A stretch of DNA of 64,000 bases from Guillardia theta CCMP2712 (taxonomy: Eukaryota; Protista; Cryptophyta). A model generated the notes under the pieces. The model was not told the origin of the DNA. It worked only from the letters and a program-made list of their open reading frames with translations, and did not search any database. The position numbers and the translations under genes are program-made. The stretch lies in the NCBI RefSeq assembly GCF_000315625.1, contig NW_005434487.1:23720-87719 (forward strand), given 5' to 3'. Shown in pieces: positions 1-13,399 of the stretch. Every line of letters begins with the position of its first letter. Positions within the stretch are counted from its first letter, which is position 1.

Positions 1-1122
1 CAATGACAAGATGTCTTGCCAGATTTTGCCAAGAGAGTCAAACAAGCGTGGACGAGATATTGTTTGCGAGGTCAAGAGGAAACGATTGTTCGTTGAGTTC
101 ACGAGATGTGGCAGAAATCTTGAAGTTCTGGAAGATTCTAAAAGAGGTGGAGATGTATCAATCGACGATGAAACACAAGACGCTTGTCAACATGGTTTGC
201 CAATGGAATCTTGTTTCCAAGACTTTGGTGAGATGTTGTTCAGTGGTTGCTGTTGTTTGATTTCATTCTGTTGTGCTGTTGACTGTGTCGATGATCAGTA
301 AAATATCTGTTCGTGTTGTTGTGATCAGTACGTGTCTTGCTCTGTTCCTTTCTGTTGCTGATGCTGGTGACTTGTGGGATGAACTTGCAGTCGGCAATCA
401 AGCGTTTGAAGCACAAACTCTTCTCTCGGAGGCATATCAGGCTACCGCTGTTGTACTGGTCGTTAGAGGTGATGATGGAGAGAGAGGAGGAAGGGGTTAA
501 CAATGTTGCTGATGATCGAGAGAGAGAAGACAAGGAGGGCAATGTTGTTGTTGCAGCTGATGAGCTTTTCGGTTGCAGACGAAGAGGTTGCAAGAGATAC
601 GACACCTTCTCTCCTTCGTTCGTTACTCTCTCTTCTGTGCTCTTCCATTCTTAATTCGCTCACGTGCAGGCGAAGAAACGGAAATCCTTCGCGTTCATGA
701 AGGACGTTTTCGTGGAGTTGAGGGTTTGGACCCCAAGGCTGAGAAGAGGAGCCATGTAAGATGTCTTGCTCTTTACTTCCTGTGTGCTCAATGGTGTGCG
801 ATAGGATGCAGAGGAGGATGTTTAAGACGATGAAACGAGAGGTGGTCTGGTGTTGGAGAGCGGTGACGATCCGATTCAAACAACTGGTAGTCCGGTTTCA
901 GAGGTCTCAAGATGATGTGTCATGAGTTGTTTTCATGAGATACTGTTGACAGGTTGTACATGTCCGTCATTTTGACATGTTGGAGCTCTGAATGCCTTCG
1001 ACTCCGTCAAGCTCTGACGTCCTTGATCGACTTGAGAGCGCGACGCTCCGCAAGGTCAAAAGCACATCTCTTCCTCTCCTTTCCCCTCTTCCTCCCCCCT
1101 CTCTCCTTCTTGCCTCCCGGCC

Positions 1123-1339
1123 TTCTCCTCTCCTCTCCTCTCCTCTCCTCTCCTCTCCTCTCCTCTCCTCTCCTCTCCTCTCCTCTCCTCTCCTCTCCTC
1201 TCCTCTCCTCTCCTCTCCTCTCCTCTCCTCTCCTCTCCTCTCCTCTCCTCTCCTCTCCTCTCCTCTCCTCTCCTCTCCTCTCCTCTCCTCTCCTCTCCTC
1301 TCCTCTCCTCTCCTCTCCTCTCCTCTCCTCTCCTCTCCT
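1123..1339. repeat. (CTCCT)n pentanucleotide microsatellite
   Basis: Perfect run of tcctc/ctcct units. Similar tracts at ~9730-9758, 22765-23015 and 24050-24125. Confidence 0.95.
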
Positions 1340-2278
1340 TCGTGTGACATTACTTCACAGCCTTGCTTTCAACGCATTTGTTTGCCTCCACCACGAGAGG
1401 AAAAGGAGGAAGCATATCTTCAACGTCATCAATGGTTCCTTGACTCCTCCCAGACCTGACCCTCTTCGCGCACGAAAACACTCCTCCCTCCCTCCTCCCT
1501 CCTCCCTCCTCCCTCCTCCCTCCTCCCTCCTCCCTCCTCCCTTCCTCCTCCACCTTCCTTGNNNNNNNNNNNNNNNNNNNNNNNNNNNNNNNNNNNNNNN
1601 NNNNNNNNNNNNNNNNNNNNNNNNNNNNNNNNNNNNNNNNNNNNNNNNNNNNNNNNNNNNNTTCCTCTCTCCCCATCCTCCCCATCTCCTTCTGTCTCTC
1701 CAACCCCCTATCTCTCCTCCTCCCTAGTTCCTCTCCTCCTCCTCCTCACTCCTCTTCCTCCTCCTCTTCCTCCCTCACTCCTCTTCCTCTCCTCTTCCTC
1801 CTCCTTCACCTCCTTCCTCACTCCTCCTCCTCCTCCTCCTCCTCCTCCTCCTCCTCCTCCTCCACTCCTCCCTCCTCCTCATCCTCATCCTTCTCCCTCA
1901 CTCCTCCTCCTCCATCTTCACGTCCTTATCCTCATTTTCATCCTCATCCTCCTTCCAGTGCCGTCAACTACTGGCGCAACCTCTCTGTCCTTAAGAGCTT
2001 CCGATGCTGGCTCGAAGTCATGGAGACGAGGAGGAGGCTCCTTCATCTCCTCCAGCGCCTCCGGGCAGCGAGGAGGAGGAGGCAGCTGGCCGGCCCGATC
2101 AACCTCCTCCAGCAGCATGCCAGGGGGGCGCGAACAGTTCGGCTGCAGCTGGAGAAGGAGAGGTGAGAAAGCTAAGCCTCCTTGTGCCCAGCTGAGCAGG
2201 AGCAGGCGGCTGGTGTCTGCGTCCTTCACCGTCTTCCTCAAGCTCCGCATCTCGACCATGAGGAGGGAGTTTGCGCAA

Positions 2279-5200
2279 TGGAGGATCTTCATGTGGGAGA
2301 GGAGGAAGAGGTGAGGGGGAGATGGAGGATGTGCTGGGGAGCTGAGAAGAGGTGGAAGGCATGCCATCACCAAGGCCTTTCACCGGGCGATCTTCTTCAG
2401 TGTCTGCTTCCCCAGCTGGCAACGTGCAGGTCAGCTGAGAAATCCCTTGATGTTGTCGGGCCCTCTTGACCCCCGGCGGCGCTAGCGAGGTCGCGACGTC
2501 GAGCTGCCGACATGGCGAGGAGGAGGGAGCGAGAGCTCTCGCGCCTTGTTGTTCACAGCTGGAGGTGAGCAGGGAGAGGAGGGGAAGGGAGCAGCAGGTG
2601 GAGCAGCAGCGGGGGAGGAGCGATGGGGGAAGATTCTGATGTTGGAGCAGTTGGATGAAGAGGACGTGGATGGCAGTCAAGTCAAGTCGGGGCAGGAGGG
2701 ACAGCAGAAGGTCTTGACGGACTAGGCGGGGCGGGAGGGGAGGGTAATTCGTCTGCAGTGCCCAATCTTGTCTGGACAGTTTGAGATGTTACACGAATAT
2801 CAAGAGCTGCTGCAGAATGGTCGTTAAGAGGTACTGTTGTTGTTGATAATGATGACGACGACGACGACGACGACGACGATGGTTATGGAAATGATGACGA
2901 AGAAGATGATGAACATGATGATGATGAACATGATGATGATGGTGATGATAATCATGATCATGATCATGATGGAAATGATGATGATGATGATGATAATTCT
3001 CCTCTGATTTCTTGTCCTATCAGGGTGAACAACCTGAGGATTCAGCAAAGCTTTAAGGGGCTTGAGGTGTACATGCGAGCTGAGCGGAAGGTGAAGGAAA
3101 CAGCGCGAGCGAACGAGAGGAGGTGAATAAGTCTTGACAGGGGGAGGTGGTGACCTGATCAATCTCGCAGAGCTTGCAATGAGATAACGAGAACACTTCT
3201 TCAAGATTGGATATCTTTCACACAGCAGAGATCAGGTCCAACCTAGCTCGCCCTCTCTCTCTCTTCCTCCTCCTCCTTCATCCTTCTTCCTACCCCTTTC
3301 TCCTGCTCCCACTCTCGCTCTCCCTCCTCTCTCTCTCTCTCTCTCTCTCTCGTGCTCCCGTCGTCCTGACGTGCCTGGCAGGGCTGAAGCGGGTCATTCG
3401 CTACGTCAGGAGATGTCGAGAAAGATCGCAAGAACTGAAGGTACCGAACTCTTGCTCCCTCCTCCTCCTCTTCCTCCTACTCTTGCTCCCTCCTTCTCCT
3501 CCTCCTACTGCTCCTTCTACTACTACTACTACTACTACTACTGCTCCTTCTACTCCAGTTCACTTTCTCGCTTCCTCATTCGATCTCATCAGGTGTGGCG
3601 AACTTGGAGAGTTTTCATCTTCTCTTCCCGAAGGGACAAGCGAACAAAAAAAGTCTTGACGAGGTTGAGATGTCAAGATTCATTCATAATGTTCTTCCTG
3701 ACCTCTCCTCTCCTCTCCTCTCCTCTCCTCTTCTTCAGATCTTGGATCCGTAGGACATGTATCTCACTGGCCCATCAAGAGGCTTCGCTGATATTGGAGA
3801 CATTGATAGCTCAACACAAGAAGAGGTCGACATTGAGGAGATGATGATGATGATGACGACGATGACGATGATGATAGAAGGGTTGACGATAATGGTGATG
3901 ACGATGACAATTGTGTTATTCAGGACCACCTTCTCACATTTCATTGACAACCGTCAGCAAAAACGAAGTGAACAAGTGATCAGCAAGATGTTCAAGGTGA
4001 GGGGAGATGAGATGTTGGCAATATGATAACTCGTGTGTAGACGATCTATGCGGATATTGTCATGCAAAACGCATTGAATGAGTGGTTTCATAACAGCTTC
4101 AGGCTTTGCGAGGTGGTTTTCTTCATCCCCTCCCTCTCCCCTCCCCTCCCTCCCTCCTTCTTCGTCTCCTTTCCTCCTCCTCTCTCCTCTCTCCTCCTGC
4201 ATCTCCTTCCGCTCTTCTCTAACCTTTCAGACACCAGAAGCGCGAACTTTCAGTCCTCAAACTGCAGGCGACCAACAGGATGCGAACTCTAGCGAAATAT
4301 CTCGAGCGCATGTCAAACTTCATCACAAGGGTTGACCTCGGCCATGCCTTTCCTGCCTTACCTGCCTGCAGGAGAGACTCATCCTGCATCTGCTGTCCAG
4401 CTGCAGAGAGGTCAGGGAGAGGAGGGAGAGGAGAAGGTGCTGCGAGCGGCTCCTCTTCGACCTCTGAACTTTCTCCCGCAGAGCGATCGACAGGTGGAGG
4501 ACAAGCTCGTCCGTGTCCAAGCAGATGACGAGCATCCGTCAAGGCTTCGCGCGCGCGAGTCTCAGGCATCCTGCCATCCTCTGCCTCCTCCCCCTCACCT
4601 CCAACGCAGGAACCTCCTTCTCCTCTGGAAAGACGCCTCCTCCTCCCTCCGCATCCTTCGCGTGGGCGCCGAGTCGATCCAGATCGTGCATGAGGTGAGC
4701 TAGCCGTCAAGCACAGGGAGAGGATGAGGCGAGTGCCGCAGGTCCGGCTGGTTCAGACTGTCTTGGTCCGGTGGATGCAACAGGCCATATGCTCCAACTG
4801 GGAGGAACGAAGAGCGGGAGCGGGAGCGGGAGCAGGAGCGGGAAGCTCCGACGACTCCTCGGAAGGAAGTTTCCATGGGCCTGCCAGCATGCAGCCGCGA
4901 CCCTGGGTAAGAAGAGGAACCGATGCTGATGATGAAGTTATGGATGAAAACTTGTATTTTGACGACAAGGAGGAGGAAGAGGAGGAGAAGGAGGAGGATA
5001 GGAGGAGGAGGAGGAGGAGGAGGATGACGCCGCACGCAGGGAGCAGCGAAGGCGCTGATGGAGGAGCAGCTGGCTCGAAGTGATGCCTACCCTCACCTCC
5101 TCACCATGTGACCTGCTCGACCAGGCGGACCAGCACGGGCGCCTGCTCGAACCCAGCTGGACTCGACGAGCTCTAGAGATGCGAAGAAGCTCTTTATGAC

Positions 5201-5680
5201 TGTGTGCACAAACTTCCGCAGCTCGACGAGGAACGGCAGCAAGAGATCGAAGAGAGATGCCACCCTCTCCTCCTCCATGTCCCTCTCTGACTTCACCACG
5301 GCGGCGGCTGCTCACTGTCATGGCAGGACCAGATCGCAGGTTCCGCATCCTCCTACGACCCCTGGTAAGATCCTCCTCCTCCTCCTCCTCCCTATCCCCC
5401 TTTCTTCCACTCCTTTCAACACTCTCCTCCACTCTTCTCGTTCCTCCCACTCCTCTCTCACTCTCTCTTATTTCTCTTCTCCCTCCTCCCTCCCTCTCTT
5501 CACTTCCCGCACGCAGGAGGCTACCGCAGGCGCGTCCATGACTGGAAGTACAAAGGGACTCCAGGAGGAGTGAGCGCGACAACGCCGGAGAGAGCCAACA
5601 CAGTGAGGAGGTTCAACGCAGTTGTGCTTGAGTCCCCGATGATGCCTCTGCTCTCCTTGACGGAGCTGGAGACGTGAGTT
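2279..5680 (+). CDS. Hypothetical multi-exon protein (boundaries approximate)
   Basis: Short coding-like segments (GLKRVIRYVRRCRERSQELK, TTFSHFIDNRQQKRSEQVISKMFK, MQNALNEWFHNSFRLCE, VRLVQTVLVRWMQQAICSNW) bounded by CAG/GT sites and separated by low-complexity introns. No family recognised. Confidence 0.35.
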
Positions 5681-6032
5681 CCTCTCCTCCTCTGACTCGC
5701 TCTTCCCTCCTCTCCTCCCTTGTCTGTATCCTCATCCACCTCCCTCCCTGTGCTCCTTTCTAACGCTTAATTGTTCATGCGCGCTGGAAACCTGCGACAG
5801 TGAGTCGAGGATAGCTGATGCTTACCGCGTGCTTGATGACAGCGACTGAAGTCCAATGAAACCTGTCACAAGGACAAATCGATCGATCGGAGCCACGATG
5901 ACATTAATACTGTACGCATGTCTGTTTCAAAGTAATGATGTTTAATGTAAGTCTAGGCATATGATACAAAATGAAGTAATGTAACTAGTATTTCACTCAA
6001 CAACCAACACATCTACTTGACAAGTTAAACGT

Positions 6033-7088
6033 TTATCTACTTCTTCCCTCCATCTCTGGCCCTGGCGGAGTAGACTCACGGAAACATTGCCGTTTCATCC
6101 ACTCCTCAGGTCCACGAGGGTAAATTTCATCTTCAACCTCGAATTTTCGCTTCCTCTTTCGCTCATCAACTAGAGCCTGAAGACCCAAAGGAAACGAGTA
6201 CGAGCTACCTGACTGCAGATCTGCACTCAAGAAAGAATGATACACTCGAGCATCTGAGCTGCCCTCTTTCTCATTCTCGTTCTCACGTGTACATCCGCTG
6301 CGTTCCTCAAAACACCCTATTCTCTGCTCAACAGCCTCAAGCCGTCGACCTCGCGTGCAAGCACATTCAGAGAAGAAAGGGTGTTTCAAAGCTTGTGAGG
6401 GCAGGGGTCGCATACGCCAGTCACAAGACAACAGGTTGTTCAACAGATCCAAACCATGGTTGCACAGCGATCCGTCAACAAGCTCGTCGACACCGTTCTG
6501 TCCAGCAGCTCTGTCGCAAGCCGTGTCTTCAAAAGAGCTACGAATTTCAAGATCGTCACTCTTGAAGGAGTAACCAAGATAATCACAATGAAGACTTAGA
6601 AGATCAAACGTGGTTTCCGCCGACTCGAACAAAGGAGCGCCATTCACCAGTTCCGCAAGCATGCAGCCAACCGCCCACATATCCACAGCTTGCGCTGAAG
6701 GTGTGGCAGTCCTACAATGCAGCAAGTCAGCTACGCCCTGCACAAGCAATTCTGGAGGGCGATTCCAGAGCGATGCTTGGTCGCAGGTTCGCGGACTTCC
6801 ATCTACCTGCAAGTATTCAAAAGGATTTTCTCGGGTGAGTCTCTTCGACCACTGACCATCGCGATCTCGTGAGATAAGCGTTTCTCCGTTGCAATCCAGT
6901 ATCTCGTAAATTTCGCCATCACATTTTACGTGTTTCCAAGTGAGATTTCCATGAACTAATCCATCCGTATGCATAGCATCCAGTGCCTCAAGCAATCGCC
7001 TGAGGGAAGATCGTACATTGTCGAGCCGTTGGCACGTTGTATCATCGCCAATCTCATTGAGGCAAGCGGCATCTGAACGTGCTGCCAT
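6033..7088 (-). CDS. CMGC/CDK-like protein kinase C-lobe, probable pseudokinase
   Basis: Kinase subdomains VIb-XI recognisable: LDAMHTDGLVHGNL, SLWNRPPELL, AVDMWAVGCMLAELVNGAPLF, GLDLLNNLLSCDWRMRPLPSQALKHPFF. HRD is replaced by HGN, there is no DFG and no N-lobe is visible. ATG of MAARS is at 7088. Confidence 0.8.
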   Translation of the reverse strand: MAARSDAACLNEIGDDTTCQRLDNVRSSLRRLLEALDAMHTDGLVHGNLTWKHVKCDGEIYEILDCNGETLISRDRDGQWSKRLTRENPFEYLQVDGSPRTCDQASLWNRPPELLVQGVADLLHCRTATPSAQAVDMWAVGCMLAELVNGAPLFESAETTFDLLSLHCDYLGYSFKSDDLEIRSSFEDTACDRAAGQNGVDELVDGSLCNHGLDLLNNLLSCDWRMRPLPSQALKHPFFSECACTRGRRLEAVEQRIGCFEERSGCTRENENEKEGSSDARVYHSFLSADLQSGSSYSFPLGLQALVDERKRKRKFEVEDEIYPRGPEEWMKRQCFRESTPPGPEMEGRSR

Positions 7089-8753
7089 TTTACACAAAAA
7101 CAAGAACCCAAAGAATACCCGAATCCACAAGGGACCGCAGGGGCTGGAATCAAATCTGGGCTTGTGATAAACTTGCAGAACGCAAGTCAGAAGCTGTTCG
7201 AGCAGGAAAGGCGTTGAAGAAATCCGGTACCCAAGGCAGAAAGCGGTCGCCTCAACACAAAGTCGTCTAGACGAGCCGGCTATAACCTTGCAAGCTGTAA
7301 AGGAGCAAGCTTACAAAGAGAAATGAAACCCTAGTTTGCCAATCTAATGCTCCCGATACCTTGAGTTCCTAGCCTCTGTCTATCAGTGATGAGCGAACTC
7401 GACGAAGTTGCTGTCTGACGCCTCCGTAGCAAAGCTTCCAAGGACGAATCAGAAAGTTTCGAAACACTCAATCCCTCCTCCTTTCAAGACCAGGCACCAG
7501 CAGGGTGTGGGAATGCAAGTAGAAGAGGAACCCCAGAACCCAGGAGAAAGACCAACCAGGATGCACCAAAGCGCACACCACGCTAATCGGCAGAGCCGAG
7601 CGCAAAGATACCTTAAGCTGACCAAAAAGTGGTCAAAAACAACGCAGATAAACGCTACTACAGGCACTAAGACAGAAGCCGAAAGCTATGCTGCACTCTC
7701 ACAAGACCCAAAAGAGGAGAGACAAGACAACAGTGCAGAAAGGATCGACCTTGTAAGACTGTCTGAGAGAGAAATCAACTCAAGAGATCTCCTAAGTGCT
7801 CGAGTTACAGGAAAGCAACTAGCAGGAGAAACACAAGGCCCGCAGGAGAGTTGAGGTGAGGAAGCTAGTGGGACTCAGAGGAGGAGAAGGAAGTGAGAGG
7901 AGAGGAAGGATACTAGCGAGAAGAGGAGAGGAGAGAAGAAGGAGCAGGAGAGAAGAGCGGGAAGAGACCGAGCGCAAGGAGGGGAGGGAAGGGATGCGCG
8001 AGGAGCGGGATGGTCGAGGAAGTGCAGGGACACGCTGTGAACACAGTAGGTGGGGTGGTCGTCCGTTGGGGGGTCAAGGGATTGAAATCTATAGAGAATT
8101 TGAAGAAGTAAGTATCAAACTTTACTTTTAATTTTGAAAAATTATAAATAAAGTTTGAATATTTGATAATGTTTGAGAATGGACCAAAACAAGAAGGGGT
8201 GATGGTGAAGGTGGGTGGGTTTTTTTTCACACTTTTAAAAACATAAAAATATTCAAAAAAAAATATTTATAGTTGTAAAGTGTACGGGAAAATTGTACTT
8301 TTGAGAAAAATATTTCCTACTAAGTTGTTAGATTGATCTAAATTTAGATTATATTTTATGATATAAGTATTGATAGGTACAGCTGTTTCATTCTTTGCTA
8401 AGAAATTTAGTATGAAAATCTAAATATTGGTATTGTAAAGTGTGTTGGCCCTGACCGAATATGAAAACGGTTCTGAAACGGTCCTGATACAGACTTGCGG
8501 CTGAGTGATGGCACCACCCGGTGTTCCATCGGCCCCGGCGCGGACCGGGCCCTGAGTCAGCGATTCAACAAAAACATTGACTAGTGAAAACTCAATGAAG
8601 AGAAGACAGTCTGCGTTTCCGGATGTTGTAGAGAACCTGAGAGGGAGAGGGGAGCAATGATATGATCCGATCAGGTCGTACAGTTACATGATGATCAGGT
8701 TGCACATGGCATGTTCGCTGCCATGTCTCGTTCACCGCGTTCAGCCCTACAGG

Positions 8754-11700
8754 ATGTCAGTGATGATTCAAGTCATCGGGCTCTTCCTCCTCAGCATGTC
8801 CTTGAATGCGGCGCAGGACACGTGCGATGCAGGCGGGGGTTTGGTCTACTCCTTTACCTTCTGCCCCAACGCCTTCTGTCTCGCCGGCTCCTACAGCTGC
8901 GCGCTGGGAGAGGTCGGCAGTTTCTCCATGGCAGAGAACTTGACAGGATGTCTGAGCGACTGCGACAGAGAGGCAGGATGCAGCCTGGCGACTTGGTGCC
9001 CCCTGTGCTCGAGCCCTAGATGCTTCCTCTTCACGTCCTGCAACGTGTGGGAGAGGAATCCCGTCGTCCTCGACCCCCTCCTGGGCATCAACGACATCTG
9101 CGAGGTTGAGAGGGAGACGAGAGGAAAGGAAGGATGAAAGAAAATAGACACAGAGAGGAGAGGAGAGGAGAGGAGAGAAGGAGAGGAGGGGACAGACTCG
9201 GAGAAGGAGAGGAGGGGAGGGGAGGAGGGGAAGGGAGAGGAGGGGAGGGGAGGAGAGGGGAGGGGAGGAGAGGAGAGAATGAAATGTGAGAAGAAAAATG
9301 ACGAGAGGAGAGAGAGGAGAGGAGGAGTTAGTAGGGAAGGAAGAGGGAAAGCAGGGAGGGAAAGAGGATGCGGCAGTTCTCTGACATGATCAAACGGTCA
9401 GGTTCCTCGCGACGATCGTGAGATTTCAGCGTTTAAAAATCGCGGGTGTGAGAAGAGAAGTCAAAAAGCTATTACCTATGTAATCAGCCTCATTCTTCAC
9501 TGCTCACTTTCTCCTCTCCTCTCGTTTCGTCTCCTCCTCGCCTCCCACGAATCTTCTTTCCTCTACTCTTCTTCTCGTCTCTTCCCCTCGGTTCTTGTTT
9601 TTCACACTTCTTCGTTCTGTGTTTCTACTCCTCTTCATTTTTATCCTGTTTGATCAGATGAGACAAGGAAATGAATTGCTTCCTGCTGGTCAAAGAGACT
9701 GCCTTTGCGAGTGAGCTGAAATCCATCTCCTCTCCTCTCCTCTCCTCTCCTCTCCTCTNNNNNNNNNNNNNNNNNNNNNNNNNNNNNNNNNNNNNNNNNN
9801 NNNNNNNNNNNNNNNNNNNNNNNNNNNNNNNNNNNNNNNNNNNNNNNNNNNNNNNNNNNNNNNNNNNNNNNNNNNNNNNNNNNNNNNNNNNNNNNNNNNN
9901 NNNNNNNNNNNNNNNNNNNNNNNNNNNNNNNNNNNNNNNNNNNNNNNNNNNNNNNNNNNNNNNNNNNNNNNNNNNNNNNNNNNNNNNNNNNNNNNNNNNN
10001 NNNNNNNNNNNNNNNNNNNNNNNNNNNNNNNNNNNNNNNNNNNNNNNNNNNNNNNNNNNNNNNNNNNNNNNNNNNNNNNNNNNNNNNNNNNNNNNNNNNN
10101 NNNNNNNNNNNNNNNNNNNNNNNNNNNNNNNNNNNNNNNNNNNNNNNNNNNNNNNNNNNNNNNNNNNNNNNNNNNNNNNNNNNNNNNNNNNNNNNNNNNN
10201 NNNNNCCTCCTCCTCCTCCTCCTCCTCCTCCTCCTCCTCCTCCTCCTCCTCCTCCTCCTCCTCCTCCTCCTCCTCCTCCTCCTCCTCCTCCTCCCTCCTC
10301 CCTCCCTCCCTCCCTCCCTCCCTCCCTCCTCCCTCCTCCCTCCTCCTCCTCCTCCTCCTCCTCCTCCTCCTCCTCCTCCTCCTCCTCCTCCTCCCTCCTC
10401 CTCCTCCTCCTCCTCCTCTCCCTCCTCCTCTCCCTCCTCCTCTCCCTCCTCTCCTCTCCCACGTCCTTCCCTCCCCTCCTCCTCCCCTCCCTCCTCCCCT
10501 CCCCTCCTCATCTCTCATATGCATCATTGCTTCTTATGCATGCGATCTCTCATCTCGTGAAAATGATCGTGCAATCGACGTCTGATGACATCTCTACAGC
10601 CCGTACGTTCCCCCGGACAATGCCATTGTCACTCCTCAAAGCTCCGTTCACTTTGGGCAGGAGGTGCTGGTGGAGTGCGAGCAAGGGTTTTACGCGGAGA
10701 AGGAGAGCAGACCGCAATGTCTCGGTGATGTTGGGATAGTCCAGATAAATCACAGGTGAGGCGAATGCTTGTACCCTCCTACTCTACTCCTCCTCCACCA
10801 CCACCACCCTCCTCCTCCTCCCCTTCCTCCTCCTCTCCTCCTCCTCCTCCTCTACTCCTCCTCCTCCTCTACTCCTCCTCCTCCTCTACTCCTCCTCCTC
10901 TACTCCTCCTCCATTCTTCCCACTTCGCAGAGGTTCATAGCTGTTTGTATTCGAAAGTAGCTCTCTCGTCCTCTTCCTATCCCTTTGATCTCCTGCTCTT
11001 CTAGGTACACTCCTGGTCTCCAATCCTGCCTGGCTTGTCCGGCGGATTCTAGCTCCAGGAGAGGAAGCGTCAGACTTGCTTCTTGCTCGTGCAACGGAGG
11101 ATACTTCAACAATCCTTCCTTCTCCCCCTCCTCCTTCTCCTCTTCCTCCCTCAACTCTTCCAACGTCACCTCGAACTCTTCCTCCCCCCTCTTCGCCTCC
11201 TCCAACTCCACGAGCTTCTGTCTCCTCTGCCCTCCAGGCAAGTACCGCGAGCCCTTCACCGTCGAGGTATGCCTCCTCTGTCCTCCTGGCACCTTCCAGC
11301 CCCTCCCGGGGGCTCCCAACGTGACCTCGTGCCTTGCTTGTCCGCCTGGCTCGACGTCTGCAGCAGGAGCTTCTCTTCTTGGCAGCTGCACCTGCGCCCC
11401 CGGTTACGCGGGCCGCTCGCCGTTCAACTGCTCCTCCTGCGGCTTCGGAAATTTCTCGAGCAGCGAGGGGGCTGAACGCTGCGAGCTCTGCCCTGCTGGC
11501 TCCTTCTCTGACGAGCTCTCCGCCACGACCTGCCACGATTGTCCACCAGGAACTTTCAGCTCCTCCTCCTCCTCCTCCTCCTGTTCCTCCTGCCCCCCTG
11601 CCTCCTTCTCCTCCGCGGGTGCCTCCCACCCCTCGGACTGCTTCTGCCTCGCAGGGTTTGAGGTGGACGGGAGCGGCGCGTGCGTCCCCTGCCGCAACGG

Positions 11701-12755
11701 GACGTTCAAGGAGGTGGAAGGGAACAGCAACTGCTCTCAGTGCCCGGAGAACTCGACGACGACGAGGACGGGAAGCACGAGCATCGCTCAGTGCGTCTGC
11801 CGTGCCGGCAACGAGGGAAGGGATGGGAACCCCTGCTCTCCTTGCCCTGCTGGATCCTACAAGAGCAAGGTGGGCGACGCTCCCTGCCTTCCCTGCCCTC
11901 CCTCCTCCTTCTCAGCTGCAGGTAGCGCCGTGTGCTCTCCATGCCCGGTCAACTCTACTCCCGCCGTGGGGCAGGCAGCGTGTGTCTGTGTTGCCGGGTA
12001 CGAACCGTCACCCCCGCTCGTCTCCTGCTCGATGTGCCCTGAGGGGAAGTACAAGCCGACGGCAGGGAACTTGCCTTGCTTGTCCTGCCAGGCAAACTCC
12101 ACGTCGCCGGCGGGGAGCCGAGCTTCCTTCAACTGCAGCTGCTTCCCTGGCTTCACGCGGGAGCTGGTGGTGCCCTGGTCGACCTGCGGAGGAGGATGCG
12201 CCTGTTTCCCTTCCATCGGCCAGCAGGAGGGGACTATCAGCGACGGGCCGGGGGACTACCCGGTCAGGACCGAGTGCTGGTGGATGATAGGAGGACGCAA
12301 CATTCACTTGGTGCTCAAGGAGGTGGACGTGGAGCGCGGCTTCGACTTCCTCCGGATCTCCTCCTGTCTCGATCCCTCCTGCAACGCCTCCCTGCCCCTC
12401 GCCTCCTTCACTGGCAGCGACGGAGTCAACGAGACCTTCTTCCTTCCAGCTGGAGCCTTCAGAGTTTCTCTCCTCTCAGACTTCGGCATCTCGGGTACTT
12501 ATCTCCGCGCCTACTTGCCCCTTCCCCCCTTGCTCTGCCCTCTTCCTCCCCACTCCTCCTCCCGGCTTTCCTCCCTGCTCGTTCTCCTTCACCTCTATTT
12601 CTCTCTCCTCGCTCTCTCCTACCGTTGGCCTTTCTTTCCCATCCCCCATCTTTCCCATCTTTCGCTCCTCACAAGCTAACTGCTTCTCTCCAGCCGCAGG
12701 CTTTGTCGCAGCGTGGCGGACGGACCCGGAAGGGTACTACTGCAATCCTCCTTGA
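8754..12755 (+). CDS. Secreted Cys-rich protein: signal peptide, PAN-like region, Sushi/CCP, many ephrin-receptor-like (GCC2/GCC3) Cys repeats, C-terminal CUB domain; multi-exon, spans an N gap
   Basis: N-terminus MSVMIQVIGLFLLSMSLNA; exon ~10600-10755 NAIVTPQSSVHFGQEVLVECEQGF (Sushi-like); repeated CxxCPxGxY/F; CUB motifs GTISDGPGDYP..CWWMI..VDVERGFDFLRI..LLSDFGISG; last exon FVAAWRTDPEGYYCNPP* ends at 12755. Confidence 0.8.
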
Positions 12756-13399
12756 GCGGGAGAGGATATGAAGGAAGAAGAGGAGGGTATGAAGGGACCT
12801 CGAAATCTTTGCATACAACAGCAACTTGGACTCTCTTCCCACATACCTCGATGTATCTCTATCTCTATTTCTATCTCTATCTCTATCTCTATCTCTATCT
12901 CTGTCTCTACCTCTGTCTCTACCTCTGTCTCTGTCTCTCACTCTCCTGTCCATTCGGCTATCTGGTCCGCCAACTTGTCGGCTATCTGGTTGCCACAGAT
13001 GGGAAACTTGCGGAAGAGGGTGATGAAGGCCTGGAAGGAGTCAGACGAGCTCGTGGCTGGCTTGACGCGCGTCAACATACCGGCTCGTCGTCTCCGTCCT
13101 CTTCCTCCACTTCGATGTTTCTGATCAGCCTCGGTCAGCGGAGGAGCAACAAGACGCCTGTCTCGGGTACCTCCTCCCCTTGGGTACGATTTCTTCCTCC
13201 TCCTTCTTCGACACGGGTTGTATCCTCGTCACGGTCTTCTGCAGGACCTCGAGCGAGTTCTGCGACACCTGCGGCAAGAGGTGAGGGCGCGTGCTCTCGC
13301 TCTGCTCCTGCTCTACCTGCACGAGCTCGGCCTGCGACGGGTTCATCTCGAACTGCGGGAGAGCATACTACAAGCTCGACCATCAGCGGGCACGAGGAG

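Noticed and set aside
954-2314. Long ORFs rich in SSPLL/EERRG/poly-P (also 9625-10585 and 22671-23042)
   Set aside because: Artefacts of microsatellites and N gaps.
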